A stretch of 64,000 nucleotides of DNA from Bispira polyomma (lineage: Eukaryota): assembly GCA_965649765.1 (NCBI GenBank), contig OZ287754.1, positions 35,836,001 through 35,900,000 of the forward strand. The letters run 5' to 3'. A model generated the notes under the pieces. The model worked only from the letters and a program-made list of their open reading frames with translations. It had not been told where the DNA came from and made no database searches. This document shows positions 62,475 to 64,000 of the stretch, piece by piece (within the stretch, counting starts at the first letter, position 1; every line of letters starts with the position of its first letter). The position numbers and the translations under genes are program-made.

Positions 62475-64000
62475 CTGTAAAATACAGAAAAAAGACTTTG
62501 TAACTGTTTGGTATAAAAGTGGATATTTTCACTTGAGTTTCAATGCTAATATTTTCACTAATAAGCATGGAAAGTGAAAATAAATTGCCAATGAAAGGCG
62601 AAAATTTATGGTTATACTTTGAGTATAACGAGTGGTCAATAGTAAAGATTAATTTCAGTGAATTCCTTAGATAGTTTGTTGTGCCTTAAATAACATCATG
62701 GATGTATGTCCACATTACTCCCAGGGTGCGGTTGATAGATGACAGAATAGTGCTAGACTAGACCGCATTAAGTCATTTACACTAGACCCGCTCCCCTCCC
62801 ACCCACCTCAACTGAACAACACAAACAACAGTAGTGATTTTTTTAATCATTCATAAAAACCAATCATTACCCAAAATAACTGATAAAATACTTCTGAATT
62901 TGTAGTTGTTTGTATAAACATTGTTATAAAATCTAAAAATTTAAAGATTTTACTGTTTAGTTAAATAATTTGCCAGTTATCGTAGCTTTAGTCTCTTGCT
63001 GTTGGATTAGTTGAGGCAGTGAATGATTTCCCCATTTTATTAGTTCAGGTAATATACTGATATATTCAATAAGCATCCCACACATATTCTGTATAGCAAC
63101 AAAGTGCTTGGTAATCATAGCAAACAAACAAACTTTGTGTTTTCCTTCACAACATTGCAGAATAACTAAGCTCTGTATAAGAGAATGGGGGATTGTTGGC
63201 TGTTTGTTTTAAAAACAGTTCTTGTTCCCAGAGAACACCAATAATTCATGAAGTTTAATGCATGACTTGGTATTTAAACATTAAGCATAATGGAATTAGT
63301 AGCTTTACATTTATAAATAGTCTTCCTAGTTTAATGAATATGTCAGAAAAGTACAGTTGCAACCAGAAACAGTTTCCTTTAAATTTATATTTCGAAAGCA
63401 GCACAAAATTCATATTACCCACACTTTTTGTCAACTTTCTATCTAAAGTAAAGTGAAATGACACTAAAACCGTGAAAATTCTGTTAGATAATACAGTACT
63501 ACATGCTTAATTAGGTGTACCGGTTTAGGTAACCTATTTTATATACAGTTCTGTATTGTACATCAAAACATTGAATGTCACAGCTGATGATGAAAAGTAT
63601 TATTTTAAATCCCTAGCAGAACAATAACCATAACAAGAATGAGTTTTATTTTTGGGGTATATTTTGCTGTCAAAAAGTGAATTTGATTCACACTAAAAGT
63701 TTAACCTTATATTTACCATATACATGTAAGTCAAAAAATGAATACTTATAAATGACAATAAATTCCTAAAATAATTGTAAATAAGTGAAATAATTCTAAT
63801 TTCATGTTGTATTGTTACGATGTTATGGTCACCAAAGAAAATCGAACCCTTAAAGGCCAGAAACAGGAATAAGTGTTGATTAGACACCGTCTTTGCTACA
63901 TTTTCTATGCATGTTTAAACTCATAATAAGCTTTTAAGTGGGATAGGTAATTACTATTTGATGAGAGCAATGACAGGCCATTCCTCTGTATAAAGATGTA

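Overview
AT-rich, intron-containing animal (invertebrate-like) genomic DNA. The right third holds two convergent genes. One is an intronless class-A (rhodopsin-like) GPCR ORF on + (48141-49631). The other is the last 10 coding exons of a minus-strand single-pass membrane protein with 9 complete EGF repeats, a TM helix and a ~120-aa cytoplasmic tail; its 5' end lies beyond 64000. All 10 exons were rebuilt by hand with GT-AG boundaries and consistent phases. The left two thirds is mostly decayed mobile DNA: a DIRS/Ngaro-type RNaseH + tyrosine-recombinase remnant, seven copies of a young tRNA-derived SINE (most with clear TSDs), older SINEs, L2/CR1-group LINE fragments, a rearranged PIF/Harbinger locus and small TIR elements. 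There are also about 12 unrelated minisatellite arrays. The most unusual signal is that several arrays are amplified copies of functional junctions. A 1.8-kb intron of the EGF gene consists almost entirely of ~50 copies of its own donor junction and ~11 copies of its own acceptor junction. The TM-exon donor is repeated 6 times, and the first two extra copies are in frame, each encoding another hydrophobic helix. Other arrays appear seeded at TE termini. No database searches were possible; all family names are inferred from recognisable motifs.
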